Notes under the pieces: generated by a model
Told to the model about the DNA's origin: nothing
The model's input: the letters and a program-made list of their open reading frames with translations, nothing else
The model's database searches: none
Program-made: the position numbers and the translations under genes
Source of the DNA: Candidatus Thorarchaeota archaeon
GTDB lineage: Archaea; Asgardarchaeota; Thorarchaeia; Thorarchaeales; Thorarchaeaceae
DNA: 64,000 nucleotides
Assembly (NCBI GenBank): GCA_019057475.1
Contig: DXJO01000010.1
Span: forward strand, 43,460-107,459
Direction of reading: 5' to 3'
Part shown: positions 1 to 9,740 of the stretch, piece after piece
How positions within the stretch are numbered: position 1 is the stretch's first letter
Layout of the letters: the number at the start of each line of letters is the position of its first letter

Positions 1-499
1 CGCGATGTACTTCATGAGCCTTCTGAATAGCACCAACCCATACTGGATTATCGGGGCGCAAGCATTGGCTGCAGCTAACGTGAAACTCATCGGGATTGAA
101 GTAATTCCAATGGCATATCTCTTGGTAGCACCAGGGAAGACTGCTGCATGGGTTGGAGATGCCAAGGTGTTTCCGCGGGAGAAGCCAAAGATTGCCCTGA
201 TGTATGCACTGGCAGCTGAGCTTCTCGGCTTCAAGTTGGTCTATCTTGAAGCTGGCAGCGGCGCCGAGGGCAATGGAGTTCCCCCAGAGATGATCACTAC
301 TGTTTCTCAGTATGTTGACATTCCTCTGATTGTTGGTGGGGGGTTCAACGATGCCAAGTCTGTTACTAATGCCGTTGAGGCTGGTGCGTCAATTGTCGTT
401 CAGGGCACCTATCTCGAAAAGAACATCTTGGAAGACAAGGGTGCAGGTCTCAAGAATATCGTGAAGGCACTGAAAAAGGCTGGCGCGAAGCGGGTCTGA
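1..499 (+). CDS. Geranylgeranylglyceryl phosphate synthase (PcrB/GGGPS family). This is a C-terminal fragment that is truncated at the window edge.
   Basis: YLEAGSGA and IVGGGF motifs typical of the PcrB/GGGPS TIM barrel. The ORF runs off the 5' end of the window. Confidence 0.6.
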   Translation, partial: AMYFMSLLNSTNPYWIIGAQALAAANVKLIGIEVIPMAYLLVAPGKTAAWVGDAKVFPREKPKIALMYALAAELLGFKLVYLEAGSGAEGNGVPPEMITTVSQYVDIPLIVGGGFNDAKSVTNAVEAGASIVVQGTYLEKNILEDKGAGLKNIVKALKKAGAKRV

Positions 500-587
500 G
501 GTGCGGCGCGCGGCATTTGTGCTGGTCATGTTTAAATAGTTGTCATGGTTTCAGGAACCGAAGCACGTCCACGGAGGATGAATATCA

Positions 588-980
588 TTGTCCAGCAAGA
601 CTGAGTTGTTGAATGCAATGCTGCTAGACCTCAGTCGTGCTTCTCAAGACAACGTGCAAGCAAGCATCATAATTTCAAGGGCACAGGGTCTCACAATCTG
701 TTCTTACTTTCCTGAAAGCATAGACTCTGGTGTTGTTCCTGACGAGGATATCATTGCCGGGCGGTCCATGCAGATCCAGATGGGGACCAGGAAAGTCTTC
801 AAACAACTGAAGCGCGGTCCATTCGTCAGGATGCTCGTAGAAGGCGAGAGTGGGTACATAATCATCTGCGATGCCGGTGAGAATGCCATACTTGCGGTTC
901 TGACTAACAAGCGGGCCAATATAGGATACATGTTTTTCATGATGACCAGAATAGCCAGGCGCATCGAGCAAATCCTGTAG
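588..980 (+). CDS. Roadblock/LC7 (MglB-like) domain protein.
   Basis: It is 130 aa. The size and hydrophobic pattern match the Robl_LC7 fold. Called from residue pattern only. Confidence 0.45.
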   Translation: MSSKTELLNAMLLDLSRASQDNVQASIIISRAQGLTICSYFPESIDSGVVPDEDIIAGRSMQIQMGTRKVFKQLKRGPFVRMLVEGESGYIIICDAGENAILAVLTNKRANIGYMFFMMTRIARRIEQIL

Positions 981-1038
981 AATCGCTGTTCCAGCAATTT
1001 TTTATGGCTCTCGATTTTTCCTCAAACTGTAATCAAGC

Positions 1039-1983
1039 ATGGTGAATAAGGTGTCAGATGAAAAGTCAGATGCAACGAAGGATAGCGACCAGACTGAAGA
1101 TGAATGGGCGAAATGGCGACAGGCAGGTGTCATAGCCAAAGCGGCGCTCGATATTGCTCGTCCTATGGTGAAGCCAGGAACCAAAGTAATCGATATAGTT
1201 GAATCTGTCGAGAAACACATCCTTGAGAATGCATCCGGCATTGCCTTTCCGTGCAATGTATCACTCAACAGTATTGCTGCACACTACACGTCTCCCCTTA
1301 ATGACGAAACTGTGATTGAGGATGGTGACCTTGTGACAGTTGACTGTGGAGCCCACATAGACGGCTGCATTTCAGATACTGCATTCACCATCGCGTTGAA
1401 TCCCGCGCATGAGAGCTTGGTGAAGGCCTCGGTGGATGCCACGAATGTTGCCATCAGGATGATGCGGCCAGGGGCCAAACTGAACACTATCGGGGCCCTC
1501 ATCGAAGACACAATCAAAAGCGCTGGCTTTGAGCCCATTAAACAGCTCACCGGTCATCAGCTGCAGGAGTACGAGCTACATTCAGAGAAGCAGGTGCCAT
1601 GTGTTTCGGGCAAGTCTGAAGTGAAGGTGGAAGAAGGTGAGATCTACGCCGTTGAAACATTCGCTAGTACGGGTTCGGGTAATGTAACTGATCTCCCCAA
1701 CCCTCTGATCTATCAGCTATTGCCAATCAGAGTCCCTGTTCGATTTAAGGGGACGAAACAGTTTCTCTCAATTGCCAGAAGGGAGTACAAGGAGTTTCCA
1801 TTTGCCGAACGCTGGCTAGCTGAGAAGATGAAACATGCTACGCTCAAAATGGCCATTCGAGAGCTTACGCAGAAAAGCGCCCTTATTCCGCACCACATAC
1901 TTACTGAGGAGAAGGGCGAGCTAGTTTCCCAGCATGAACACACGGTGATAATCACAGAAAATGGACATGAGCGGACGACCTAG
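1039..1983 (+). CDS. map: Methionine aminopeptidase, type 2 (archaeal/eukaryal).
   Basis: AFPCNVSLNSIAAHYTSP and the pita-bread metal-ligand pattern are present. A roughly 20-aa D/E/K/S-rich N-terminal extension precedes the conserved core. Confidence 0.85.
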   Translation: MVNKVSDEKSDATKDSDQTEDEWAKWRQAGVIAKAALDIARPMVKPGTKVIDIVESVEKHILENASGIAFPCNVSLNSIAAHYTSPLNDETVIEDGDLVTVDCGAHIDGCISDTAFTIALNPAHESLVKASVDATNVAIRMMRPGAKLNTIGALIEDTIKSAGFEPIKQLTGHQLQEYELHSEKQVPCVSGKSEVKVEEGEIYAVETFASTGSGNVTDLPNPLIYQLLPIRVPVRFKGTKQFLSIARREYKEFPFAERWLAEKMKHATLKMAIRELTQKSALIPHHILTEEKGELVSQHEHTVIITENGHERTT

Positions 1984-2176
1984 TGTTTCTTGCGTCATGA
2001 TTCGCCTTCTAGGCGCTTCAGTGTCTACAATGTGTGAAATCCGTGCCGGGCTAAAACATTAAAAGACCCTTTGGCTATGTGTACTTTGGGTCAGGGAGAC
2101 TGTCGCGACAACATAAACATGTCCAGTGATATCTGGCACGTCTTTTCCCCCTCGCTAATTCAGTGGAGGCTTTGAA

Positions 2177-3145
2177 TTGGAGAACTCGCGTGGAGCTATC
2201 TCAGGCAATGGCAAATCAGCACGCAGTGATGGTGAGAGTCATGCATGTCCTGAGTGCGGGTTCAGCGCAGTCGTTGAGGATATCGCGCGAGGGGAACGCG
2301 TCTGTGGAGGATGCGGTCTTGTCCTCTCAGATCATCGTATCGATACCGGCGCTGAATGGAGAGCATTCAGCTCTGAGGAAGGTGATGCGCGTAGTCGTGT
2401 TGGTGCCCCTATGAGATATACCGTCCATGACAAAGGGCTATCTACAGTCATTGACTGGCGGGATAGAGACCTTTCTGGGCGCAAGCTTACCCCCTCACGA
2501 AGATCCGAGATATACCGCCTTAGGAAGTGGCAGATTCGGTCTCGTGTTCACAGTTCGATGGACCGCAATCTTGCGCAAGCTATGTCGGAGCTGGAACGGC
2601 TATCATCCCAGCTTGGGCTTCCTAAACCAATCAGAGAACTTGCAGCACTCCTTTATCGCAAGTCAATCTTGAAGAAATTGGTACGCGGTAGATCGATTGA
2701 GGCTATGGTAGCAGCTTGTCTTTATGCAGCATGCAGGATTCGGATTAAACCTCGTCCACTGGATGAAGTCGCGGATGCATCCCGTGTTAACAAAAAGAAG
2801 CTTGGTCAATGCTACAGGTTACTTCTTCGCAGTCTGAATCTAAGAATCCCACTGAGCAGTCCTGTACACTATATATCTCGCTTCGCTTCTGAGCTAAAGC
2901 TTTCAAGCCCTGTTCAATTGAGAACTGTCGAGATTCTGAATCAAAGCCGAGCCATAGGTCTCACGATTGGACGTGACCCGCTGGGTCTGGCGGCAGCTGC
3001 AATCTACGTTGCGTCAATAATGCTTGACGATCGTCGAACGCAGCGTGAGATCGCTGAGGTTGCTCGTGTCACAGAGGTTACGGTTCGCAATAGATACAAG
3101 GAGATTGTAGCGAAGCTCAAAATTGACACTCTCAACTCTGTGTGA
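2177..3145 (+). CDS. tfb: Transcription initiation factor IIB (TFB), paralog 1.
   Basis: N-terminal Zn ribbon CPECG...CGGCG, B-reader, two cyclin repeats, and a C-terminal EIAEVARVTEVTVRNRYKE. Confidence 0.9.
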   Translation: MENSRGAISGNGKSARSDGESHACPECGFSAVVEDIARGERVCGGCGLVLSDHRIDTGAEWRAFSSEEGDARSRVGAPMRYTVHDKGLSTVIDWRDRDLSGRKLTPSRRSEIYRLRKWQIRSRVHSSMDRNLAQAMSELERLSSQLGLPKPIRELAALLYRKSILKKLVRGRSIEAMVAACLYAACRIRIKPRPLDEVADASRVNKKKLGQCYRLLLRSLNLRIPLSSPVHYISRFASELKLSSPVQLRTVEILNQSRAIGLTIGRDPLGLAAAAIYVASIMLDDRRTQREIAEVARVTEVTVRNRYKEIVAKLKIDTLNSV

Positions 3146-3232
3146 TTGCGCTCATACAAGATGGGATGGTTCTCCCTGATTGAGATTACATCTGGCTATT
3201 AACCCGCAAGCAATCATTAGTCGCTGCTAGGC

Positions 3233-3574
3233 CTACCTCCGGCCTCTCCTCTGGTAAGTCCAATCGACAATAACCATCTCTTCGGGGAAGCCAAGCTTTC
3301 CCAATACTCCAGTTATAACCCCCCGATGATCACCCTGAAGTTCGACATGACCACGCTTGGCAGCTCCTCCGCACGCCAGTTTACTCTTCAGTTTGGTTGC
3401 CATGTCACCAACGTCAATGGTCTTATCAAAGCCAGATACTACGGTGGTAAGTCTTCCCCACTTGCGACGCTCGATGGTCACAGTGATTCTTGCTTCTTCC
3501 TGTGCTATCGTTTCACAAACGCACAAGTCGGTGGGAAGTCCACAGTTCGGACAAATGCCTCCTTCATCGCTCAC
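3233..3574 (-). CDS. Translation initiation factor aSUI1/eIF1.
   Basis: CPNCGLPTDLCVC N-terminus followed by a SUI1 domain (RKWGRLTTVVSGFD). Confidence 0.8.
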   Translation of the reverse strand: MSDEGGICPNCGLPTDLCVCETIAQEEARITVTIERRKWGRLTTVVSGFDKTIDVGDMATKLKSKLACGGAAKRGHVELQGDHRGVITGVLGKLGFPEEMVIVDWTYQRRGRR

Positions 3575-3724
3575 TAAATCAGTTACTCCTAATTCATTGC
3601 TGTAGCTTTATGCAGAGCTCCTTAGGTCAAGTCTGACATATAAGTGCTTTCGGATGTATGAATCATGAACCGCTTTCTCTAAGCGGAAAAGAGTAAAGAA
3701 CACAGTCACAATGCTTTCGTACTC

Positions 3725-5305
3725 ATGTCTGGGCAAGTCTTGATAGTTGATGCGTTGAGTGTTGGGTCCGGTCGTCGTGGAAGTTCGCGCGACTCAATTG
3801 GATGTGGCCCGCGCACAGTAGCTGGCGTAATGGAAACTCATGCGGTTCCCTGCAGAATCAAGAGAGCTGAGGCTGTTCTGTTTGCAAAAGGTCGAACTCG
3901 GGGGTTTGAGCATCTAGCTATTAGCGCGATGACGATGGACTTGCCAGCTACTCGGAGCATTGTCGCACAGTGGCGTTGGGCACACCCCCGTGGGAGAATC
4001 ATCGTCGGGGGACCAATTGCATCGAGGCCTCATGATGTTCTAAAGGAGGTCCGGCCTGATGTACTCGTGATAGGAGAGGGCGAGGCAACCCTTAATGAGC
4101 TGCTCCTTGCTGGTTTTCTTGAGGAACGCATTGACCTAGCTCCGATTGCCGGGATTGGTTACATGAATGGCTCTTATCCAGTCGTTACAGAACCCCGCAA
4201 TCTTCTTTCCGCCGCTGATATCTCCACACAGTATCAACCGTCTCGTGTTAGGATTGTAGACTACCCAGCCTACCAAGCCAGCAGGGTTTACGTAGAAGCA
4301 ATTCGCGGGTGTTCGAACTTCAGGAGGACATCTCTCACTCTGCCGGACGGTCGAAAGTGTTCCGACTGCAATAACTGTGACTCCGCTGACCCGCACGAAC
4401 GACTGGATTGTCCTGAGAACATTCCCCCTGGTTGTGGTTTCTGCAGCGTACCTGCAGTGTGGGGTTCTCCAAGAAGTCGGTTTCAGCAGTCCATTGTCAA
4501 CGAGGTAAGAGAGCTCCTAGACTTGGGAGTTCACAGAGTTGTACTGGAGGCTCCTGGCTTCCTAGATTACATGCGAGGGAGCGAACCACTCACTGATCCA
4601 TGTCACCCTCCCGCCAATCTCGAAGCATTAACCAAGCTGCTAAAGGAACTCAAATCACTTCCTCAACTTTCCGAGGGAACGGCTCATCTATCCATTGAGA
4701 ATCTAAAGGCGTGTTTGTTTACGGATGAAGTTGCAGACGTTTTCGCAAAGCACCTTGGTGACACAGCACCCAATATTGGCATTGAAACTGGCTCCGAACA
4801 ACATATGCGCCAAATCGGTAAGTGTGGTAGTCCTGAAGATGTTGTGAGAGCTGTTAGAATCGCAAAAGCACATGGAATGCTTCCCTACGTTTACTTCATC
4901 TACGGCCTTCCTGGGGAGAGCTTTGTCACTGTGGAAGAGTCGGTCAAACTAATGCGCCAACTAGACGAGGCAGGCGCCGCTCGAATCATAATGTATGGGT
5001 TCCGTGCCCTGCCGGGGTCAGCCTTTGAAGAGTTCCAAGAACCTGACATGCGTGACCCTGGAGGCGAGCGACTACGAAATGTAGCAAACCACATTAATCG
5101 TCGCAAGAAAGAAACCTATGTTGGTAGAGTGATACGGGGGATTGCTGCAGAACCGTCATGGAGCCGCCACGGTTACACCATGGTCTACCCTCTGGGCGAT
5201 GGACCACTCATGACAGTTCACGGTGGATATTCTGCCGGAGCCATTGTAGATGTCAAAGTGACAGAGGTGTTGAGTGCCGGTCTACTTGGCGGAGTAGCCG
5301 TTTAG
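3725..5305 (+). CDS. Radical SAM protein with an N-terminal B12-binding-like Rossmann domain and a C-terminal TRAM domain. It is MTTase-like, and its cluster motif is interrupted.
   Basis: RIIVGGPIAS...VLVIGEGE (B12-like domain). RGC...(CSDCNNC...C insert)...PPGCGFCSV (interrupted cluster motif). C-terminal TRAM-like beta-barrel (HGGYSAGAIVDVKVTEV). Confidence 0.55.
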   Translation: MSGQVLIVDALSVGSGRRGSSRDSIGCGPRTVAGVMETHAVPCRIKRAEAVLFAKGRTRGFEHLAISAMTMDLPATRSIVAQWRWAHPRGRIIVGGPIASRPHDVLKEVRPDVLVIGEGEATLNELLLAGFLEERIDLAPIAGIGYMNGSYPVVTEPRNLLSAADISTQYQPSRVRIVDYPAYQASRVYVEAIRGCSNFRRTSLTLPDGRKCSDCNNCDSADPHERLDCPENIPPGCGFCSVPAVWGSPRSRFQQSIVNEVRELLDLGVHRVVLEAPGFLDYMRGSEPLTDPCHPPANLEALTKLLKELKSLPQLSEGTAHLSIENLKACLFTDEVADVFAKHLGDTAPNIGIETGSEQHMRQIGKCGSPEDVVRAVRIAKAHGMLPYVYFIYGLPGESFVTVEESVKLMRQLDEAGAARIIMYGFRALPGSAFEEFQEPDMRDPGGERLRNVANHINRRKKETYVGRVIRGIAAEPSWSRHGYTMVYPLGDGPLMTVHGGYSAGAIVDVKVTEVLSAGLLGGVAV

Positions 5306-5379
5306 GGCTGCGACTTGCTCGTTGTCTAAGGCAAAACTTCTTATTGCTAACTTCAAGTGACTCCGGCTGGTGCTCTAGT

Positions 5380-5523
5380 ATGGTCTACACTTGCTTTTCC
5401 TGTAAGCATGAAGTTACGCCCGAAGGACTAAAGACCTTGCCCGGCGTAAAGTGCCCCTACTGTGGTGGACGAATTCTGTACAAGGTTCGCCCTCCTGTTG
5501 TTAAGCGAGTTAAGGGCGTCTAG
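5380..5523 (+). CDS. rpoP: DNA-directed RNA polymerase subunit P (Rpb12/RpoP), 47 aa.
   Basis: MVYTCFSCKHEV...VKCPYCGGRILYKVRPP Zn ribbon. It lies inside a longer spurious 121-aa ORF (5158..5523). The internal ATG at 5380 is in frame. Confidence 0.75.
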   Translation: MVYTCFSCKHEVTPEGLKTLPGVKCPYCGGRILYKVRPPVVKRVKGV

Positions 5524-5653
5524 TTTGTTCCCTTTTTTGTTTCACAATGTTCTATGGCTTGTATACTAGAAACGCAGCTACTACGATTGAAGCCAAGAAT
5601 AGCATCACAAAAAGGACAGACAAAATCTTTCTCTTTAGAGCGTATCTCAATAC

Positions 5654-6652
5654 CTACTCCTCCGTTTCACCTATGAGAATTTTCCCTAGCTTTTCTAGAC
5701 CCTCAATCCCTCTTATTTCCCCCTCAAAGAGCGGAACCACCGTCAGGCTCAGGTCAGAGTACAGGTCTCTGATATCCTTGAGGTTTGTCTGCTGCATTTG
5801 CCGTCGTGTAGCGCAAAACTTGCACGTTGGATTTGGTGGCACAAGATGATTCACCACAATACTACTGACAGGTATTTTCCATTTGTCCAAGCTATGCATA
5901 AGCCGTTGGGTTTCAAAGACGGCCATCGCTTCAGGTATTAGGACTACCACAAACTGCGTCAGCTCAGGGTCGGACAGCTGGATTCGTGCAGATCGTATCT
6001 TGTCCTTCATCATCTGCATCATCTGCCAAGAATTATCTTCTTGTTCAGCTCCTCCGAACATACCCTTGAGACCCGCAATCATTGAGCTCATTCTTTCTCG
6101 CATTGTAAGTAGCTTTCCCATCCAGCTGTCAAGAAGGTCTGGCAGCTCTAGCAGCTTCAGAGTATGCCCGGTGGGGGCAGTGTCGAATATGACCCGGTCG
6201 TAGGAACTGTCTTCCAGGTATTCTAGCATCTTCCCAAAAGCCATAGCTTCGTCAGAGCCAGGCGGAGACATTCCACCCATATCACCCATTAACTGTGCGG
6301 CCATGGCTCCTTCGGATCCCATCGCGCCTGATCCCATTGCATTCTGGAATTCAGCCATTCCCTTCTCGGTGTTGATCTCCAGTCCCCAGAGATTACCCAC
6401 ACCTTCTATTGACACTTCATTGCCGCCACTCAGGTTCTGATCAAAACTATCACTAAGACTGTGGGCTGGGTCGGTTGAGAGAACTAGAGTTCTGTAGCCG
6501 TGCTTGGCTGATAGAATCGCCATTGCACCGGCGCAGCTGGTCTTTCCAACGCCACCCTTCCCGCCAGAGAGTATGAACTTGATATTACCGTTGTAGACTA
6601 TATCCTTGATACCCATGGACTTCGACTCGTGATGTTTCGCACCACGATACAT
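5654..6652 (-). CDS. ArsA/Get3 (TRC40)-family anion-transporting/targeting ATPase.
   Basis: GGKGGVGKTSCAG P-loop plus the DTAPTGHTLKLLELP signature of ArsA/Get3. Confidence 0.8.
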   Translation of the reverse strand: MYRGAKHHESKSMGIKDIVYNGNIKFILSGGKGGVGKTSCAGAMAILSAKHGYRTLVLSTDPAHSLSDSFDQNLSGGNEVSIEGVGNLWGLEINTEKGMAEFQNAMGSGAMGSEGAMAAQLMGDMGGMSPPGSDEAMAFGKMLEYLEDSSYDRVIFDTAPTGHTLKLLELPDLLDSWMGKLLTMRERMSSMIAGLKGMFGGAEQEDNSWQMMQMMKDKIRSARIQLSDPELTQFVVVLIPEAMAVFETQRLMHSLDKWKIPVSSIVVNHLVPPNPTCKFCATRRQMQQTNLKDIRDLYSDLSLTVVPLFEGEIRGIEGLEKLGKILIGETEE

Positions 6653-6863
6653 AATGAGGCTTTTGGAATGAGCTCCGTATTAATGCAGTAACAGGTTTAA
6701 GCGGAAATATGTTGGCTCACTCACACTGATACGATAACTCTATCAATGATGTCACTGGAGCACACTGGAGGTTCTCACAATCTCGTTTCCACAAGTTCGA
6801 ACCACTGCTGAACAATTCCCATCCACGATTCTGCGGCTACTTCGTCTTGAGGTTCCTCCAGGC

Positions 6864-7514
6864 ATGCCCCCCGCTAATGAGGAGATTGTGAAACTATTCA
6901 ACCCGAAATCTATCGTCATGGTGATGATTGACAACTTCGGTCTGTTCGAGGCGGTTGTCTACAAACCCGAAGCACTAATCAAGAACTTGGAGGTACTCGC
7001 ACTTATTGAAACAGACGACCCCTATGCAGTATCACTAATCAACTCAATACTCCGTGGGCCCCTCGACCAGCAGTTCCACCTGATGCAATATGTGAAGAGT
7101 CATGGCAAGTTTACGCATGTTATCTGCCGCGAAGACGACATGAGCGCTTTTGGTTTTGATTCCGCTTACGCCGTGAACCCGCGTGACGACATGGCAACCT
7201 ATGTCGAGTCGACAAAAAAGGTCTTCCGCAGCGAATTACTATTCATGCACTTCTTGGACTTTGAGAGCCTCTATGCCCAGTATGGGCATCGAACGCCCCC
7301 GAAGACACTACTCGAGAAGATAGTTCGACGCACAGACAACTGGATCAAGGTCCTGTATCGTCAAGCAAGGGAGGACACGCTGTTCATGATAATAGGCAAT
7401 CACGGACGTAATCCGATTCCTCTGAACTATGAGGGCAAGCTTGCAGAATGGAGAAAGGCAAATTCTCCAATTGCAATCGTACTGCAGAAGCGTGCGAACA
7501 AACTAGCTGAATAG
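6864..7514 (+). CDS. Hypothetical protein, possibly of the alkaline-phosphatase-superfamily metalloenzyme fold.
   Basis: IIGNHGRNP motif is the only clue. The assignment is weak. Confidence 0.3.
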   Translation: MPPANEEIVKLFNPKSIVMVMIDNFGLFEAVVYKPEALIKNLEVLALIETDDPYAVSLINSILRGPLDQQFHLMQYVKSHGKFTHVICREDDMSAFGFDSAYAVNPRDDMATYVESTKKVFRSELLFMHFLDFESLYAQYGHRTPPKTLLEKIVRRTDNWIKVLYRQAREDTLFMIIGNHGRNPIPLNYEGKLAEWRKANSPIAIVLQKRANKLAE

Positions 7515-8294
7515 CGTTGGAATCCCGAATAGAATCGCGACTACGCCCAGAACCAAACAGAGCACCCAAAATCTGACTCGCCCCGCAAGGCGTAGAAGAA
7601 ACTCCATCGATAGAAGCCCGGTCACAAACACAATCACTTCAATCAGAAACAGGTCTATGATACTCACAGGCAATGACGATCCGCCTATCAATACGTCCAG
7701 TACGAAGATACCCACAACAGCAGGGACGCTCATAAGGAAACTGAACTTCATCGCTGCTTCCTTGTCAACACGCTGCATGAGCAGGGATGAAACAGTCACT
7801 CCTGACCTACTCAGTCCGGGCAGTACTGCAAGACCTTGGAGCAATCCCGAAATCAACGCTTCCTTGTCATCGATTTCGCGGCCTACTTCTTCCGATGCGC
7901 TATCTCTTCTGGTAGGCATGTACAGGACAATTGCTGTGACCACTAGAAGGACGCCAATCACAATATTCAGCATTTCACCATTGATTGTGGAGAAACTGCT
8001 CTTGAGCACAAAGTACAATGGAACCGCAGTCATCGCTGTGCCCACCGTGGCGATGAGAAGGCGTCTGAACATCAGCTTGTCTTTCATAGTCAGCAATCCC
8101 ACGATATCTCGCGGATAGCGAGCAATCACTGCCAAAGTAGTTCCGATGTGCAACCAAATCACAAGTGTGAGGAGGCTTTCGCTTGGTACCGCGCCCATGC
8201 TGTAGACAAAGAGCACTGCCTGCCCCTCGCTGCTGATTGGCAGCCACTCCACAAGACCTTGAATCAGAGCTACTACTACTTGCCACAGTTCCAT
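7503..8294 (-). CDS. uppP: Undecaprenyl-diphosphatase (UppP/BacA).
   Basis: EWLPISSEGQ motif and 7-8 TM helices. Confidence 0.8.
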   Translation of the reverse strand: MELWQVVVALIQGLVEWLPISSEGQAVLFVYSMGAVPSESLLTLVIWLHIGTTLAVIARYPRDIVGLLTMKDKLMFRRLLIATVGTAMTAVPLYFVLKSSFSTINGEMLNIVIGVLLVVTAIVLYMPTRRDSASEEVGREIDDKEALISGLLQGLAVLPGLSRSGVTVSSLLMQRVDKEAAMKFSFLMSVPAVVGIFVLDVLIGGSSLPVSIIDLFLIEVIVFVTGLLSMEFLLRLAGRVRFWVLCLVLGVVAILFGIPTLFS

Positions 8295-8379
8295 TTGATG
8301 GCCTTCTCACTGCCCCGGAAGTACCGAAGATTTAAAAGCTCGCCTCAATGGCACTGCTTCTTGGAGCGTAGTACACAAG

Positions 8380-9042
8380 ATGGTTCTCGATAATGGAAGG
8401 TTCCTGACACAAGAACTGGCAAACGTTACCCAGATGCTAGAGGAACACTTCCGTGTGGTATTATCAGCAAACAAGATAGCTGCAAACATACTCACTGATT
8501 GGCTTGATGAACACAAGACGGTGAGCAAAAAGGACTTGGCCAAGGTAACCTCTCTGGAAGAGAAGGGCGATGAACTCAAGCGTATCTTGATGAAGAAACT
8601 TGCTGATGCAAACTCTCTGATGCAGCGAGAGGACCTACTACGTCTCGTGCATTACAACGATAAGCTTGTGGACGGGGCTGAAATTGCCTGCTATCATCTC
8701 GCCGCCGTTATGGACAGCTGGGTTCCTAAAGGCGTACTGAAGAGGAAGTTGCACGAACTTGGCGGCCTAGTATTGTCGATAGTTACTGAGCAGAGGGAGG
8801 CAGTCAGATTCCTCTCGATCAACATGGAAACCTCCATGAAGAAAGCGGACGAGATTTGCAGGATTGAAAAACAGATTGACATCCTACAACGAGACATACT
8901 TCAACCACTCTACACGTCCGAAATCGGTCTGGCAAAGATTCTCCGACTGAGAGACTTTGTGAATGTGATGGAGGAGATTGCTAACCTCAGCGAAGATGCG
9001 GCAATCACAATCCGTTCGTTGTCACTAAATCTGCATACATAG
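8380..9042 (+). CDS. DUF47 / PhoU-like protein (putative phosphate-transport regulator family).
   Basis: Two PhoU-like helical repeats, similar to the TIGR00153 family. Confidence 0.6.
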   Translation: MVLDNGRFLTQELANVTQMLEEHFRVVLSANKIAANILTDWLDEHKTVSKKDLAKVTSLEEKGDELKRILMKKLADANSLMQREDLLRLVHYNDKLVDGAEIACYHLAAVMDSWVPKGVLKRKLHELGGLVLSIVTEQREAVRFLSINMETSMKKADEICRIEKQIDILQRDILQPLYTSEIGLAKILRLRDFVNVMEEIANLSEDAAITIRSLSLNLHT

Positions 9043-9050
9043 TCTGGCCG

Positions 9051-9626
9051 GTGCCTTGTTTGTCTAAGAAGATCGATGAGGTTGCTGTGGCTGACTTAGT
9101 CGGCGACAGGGCCATTGTTTGGGATTCCAAGCATGGAATGCAACTGTATGGTAATGGCTATTTCGGGCAACCAGTAGGAATAAGGAAGCCAAAGAGTGCG
9201 GAGTTTGAAACACCCCTCGAGCTGTCACTTCTAGAAGCGGCATACCTGACTAAAATCGGTATTCTTAGGGTCAATGTCGCAACCAAGAAGCGACCACTGA
9301 CGACGGATGAGATTGTTGAAATTGGCAGTACCTTTGCTAACGATTTTCTTGATCGTTTCTTGGTGTACTCTCACCTTCGTGAACAGGGCTATATCATACG
9401 CCCCGGTTTGAAGTTTGGTACTGATTTCGCTGTCTATAGGAAAGGTCCTGGGAAGGATCACGCCCCCTTCATGGTTCACGTAATTTCGAGCAGCAAAGGA
9501 TTGATCCCTCTTGATATTGTCAGAGCAGGACGTCTGGCGACAAGCGTCAAGAAGAAATTCATAATCGCAACAATCAAAGAGAATGCAACAATCGCCTACT
9601 ACTCCTTCGTTTGGCACCGTCCGTGA
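9051..9626 (+). CDS. endA: tRNA-splicing endonuclease catalytic subunit.
   Basis: YSHLREQGYIIRPGLKFGTDFAVYRKG...HAPFMVHV catalytic region. Confidence 0.8.
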   Translation: MPCLSKKIDEVAVADLVGDRAIVWDSKHGMQLYGNGYFGQPVGIRKPKSAEFETPLELSLLEAAYLTKIGILRVNVATKKRPLTTDEIVEIGSTFANDFLDRFLVYSHLREQGYIIRPGLKFGTDFAVYRKGPGKDHAPFMVHVISSSKGLIPLDIVRAGRLATSVKKKFIIATIKENATIAYYSFVWHRP

Positions 9627-9740
9627 GCAAGCTGGAGCACTCGTGCCCAACCCTCGCTCCTCATACCTTCCCGTCCAAATGAGGAACACAAATAAGCACT
9701 GTCTGACACAATCTCATCTGACCCGCGAGGGAGAATCCTG

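Noticed and set aside
5158-5523. 121-aa ORF overlapping the 3' end of the radical SAM gene.
   Set aside because: Only the last 47 codons encode the RpoP Zn ribbon. The upstream part is Arg/Ser/Cys-rich, low-complexity sequence out of frame with the neighbour.
9624-9692. TGA stop of endA as a possible Sec read-through into the same-frame downstream ORF.
   Set aside because: An in-frame TAA follows 22 codons later, with no coding signal in between. The downstream ORF has its own ATG.
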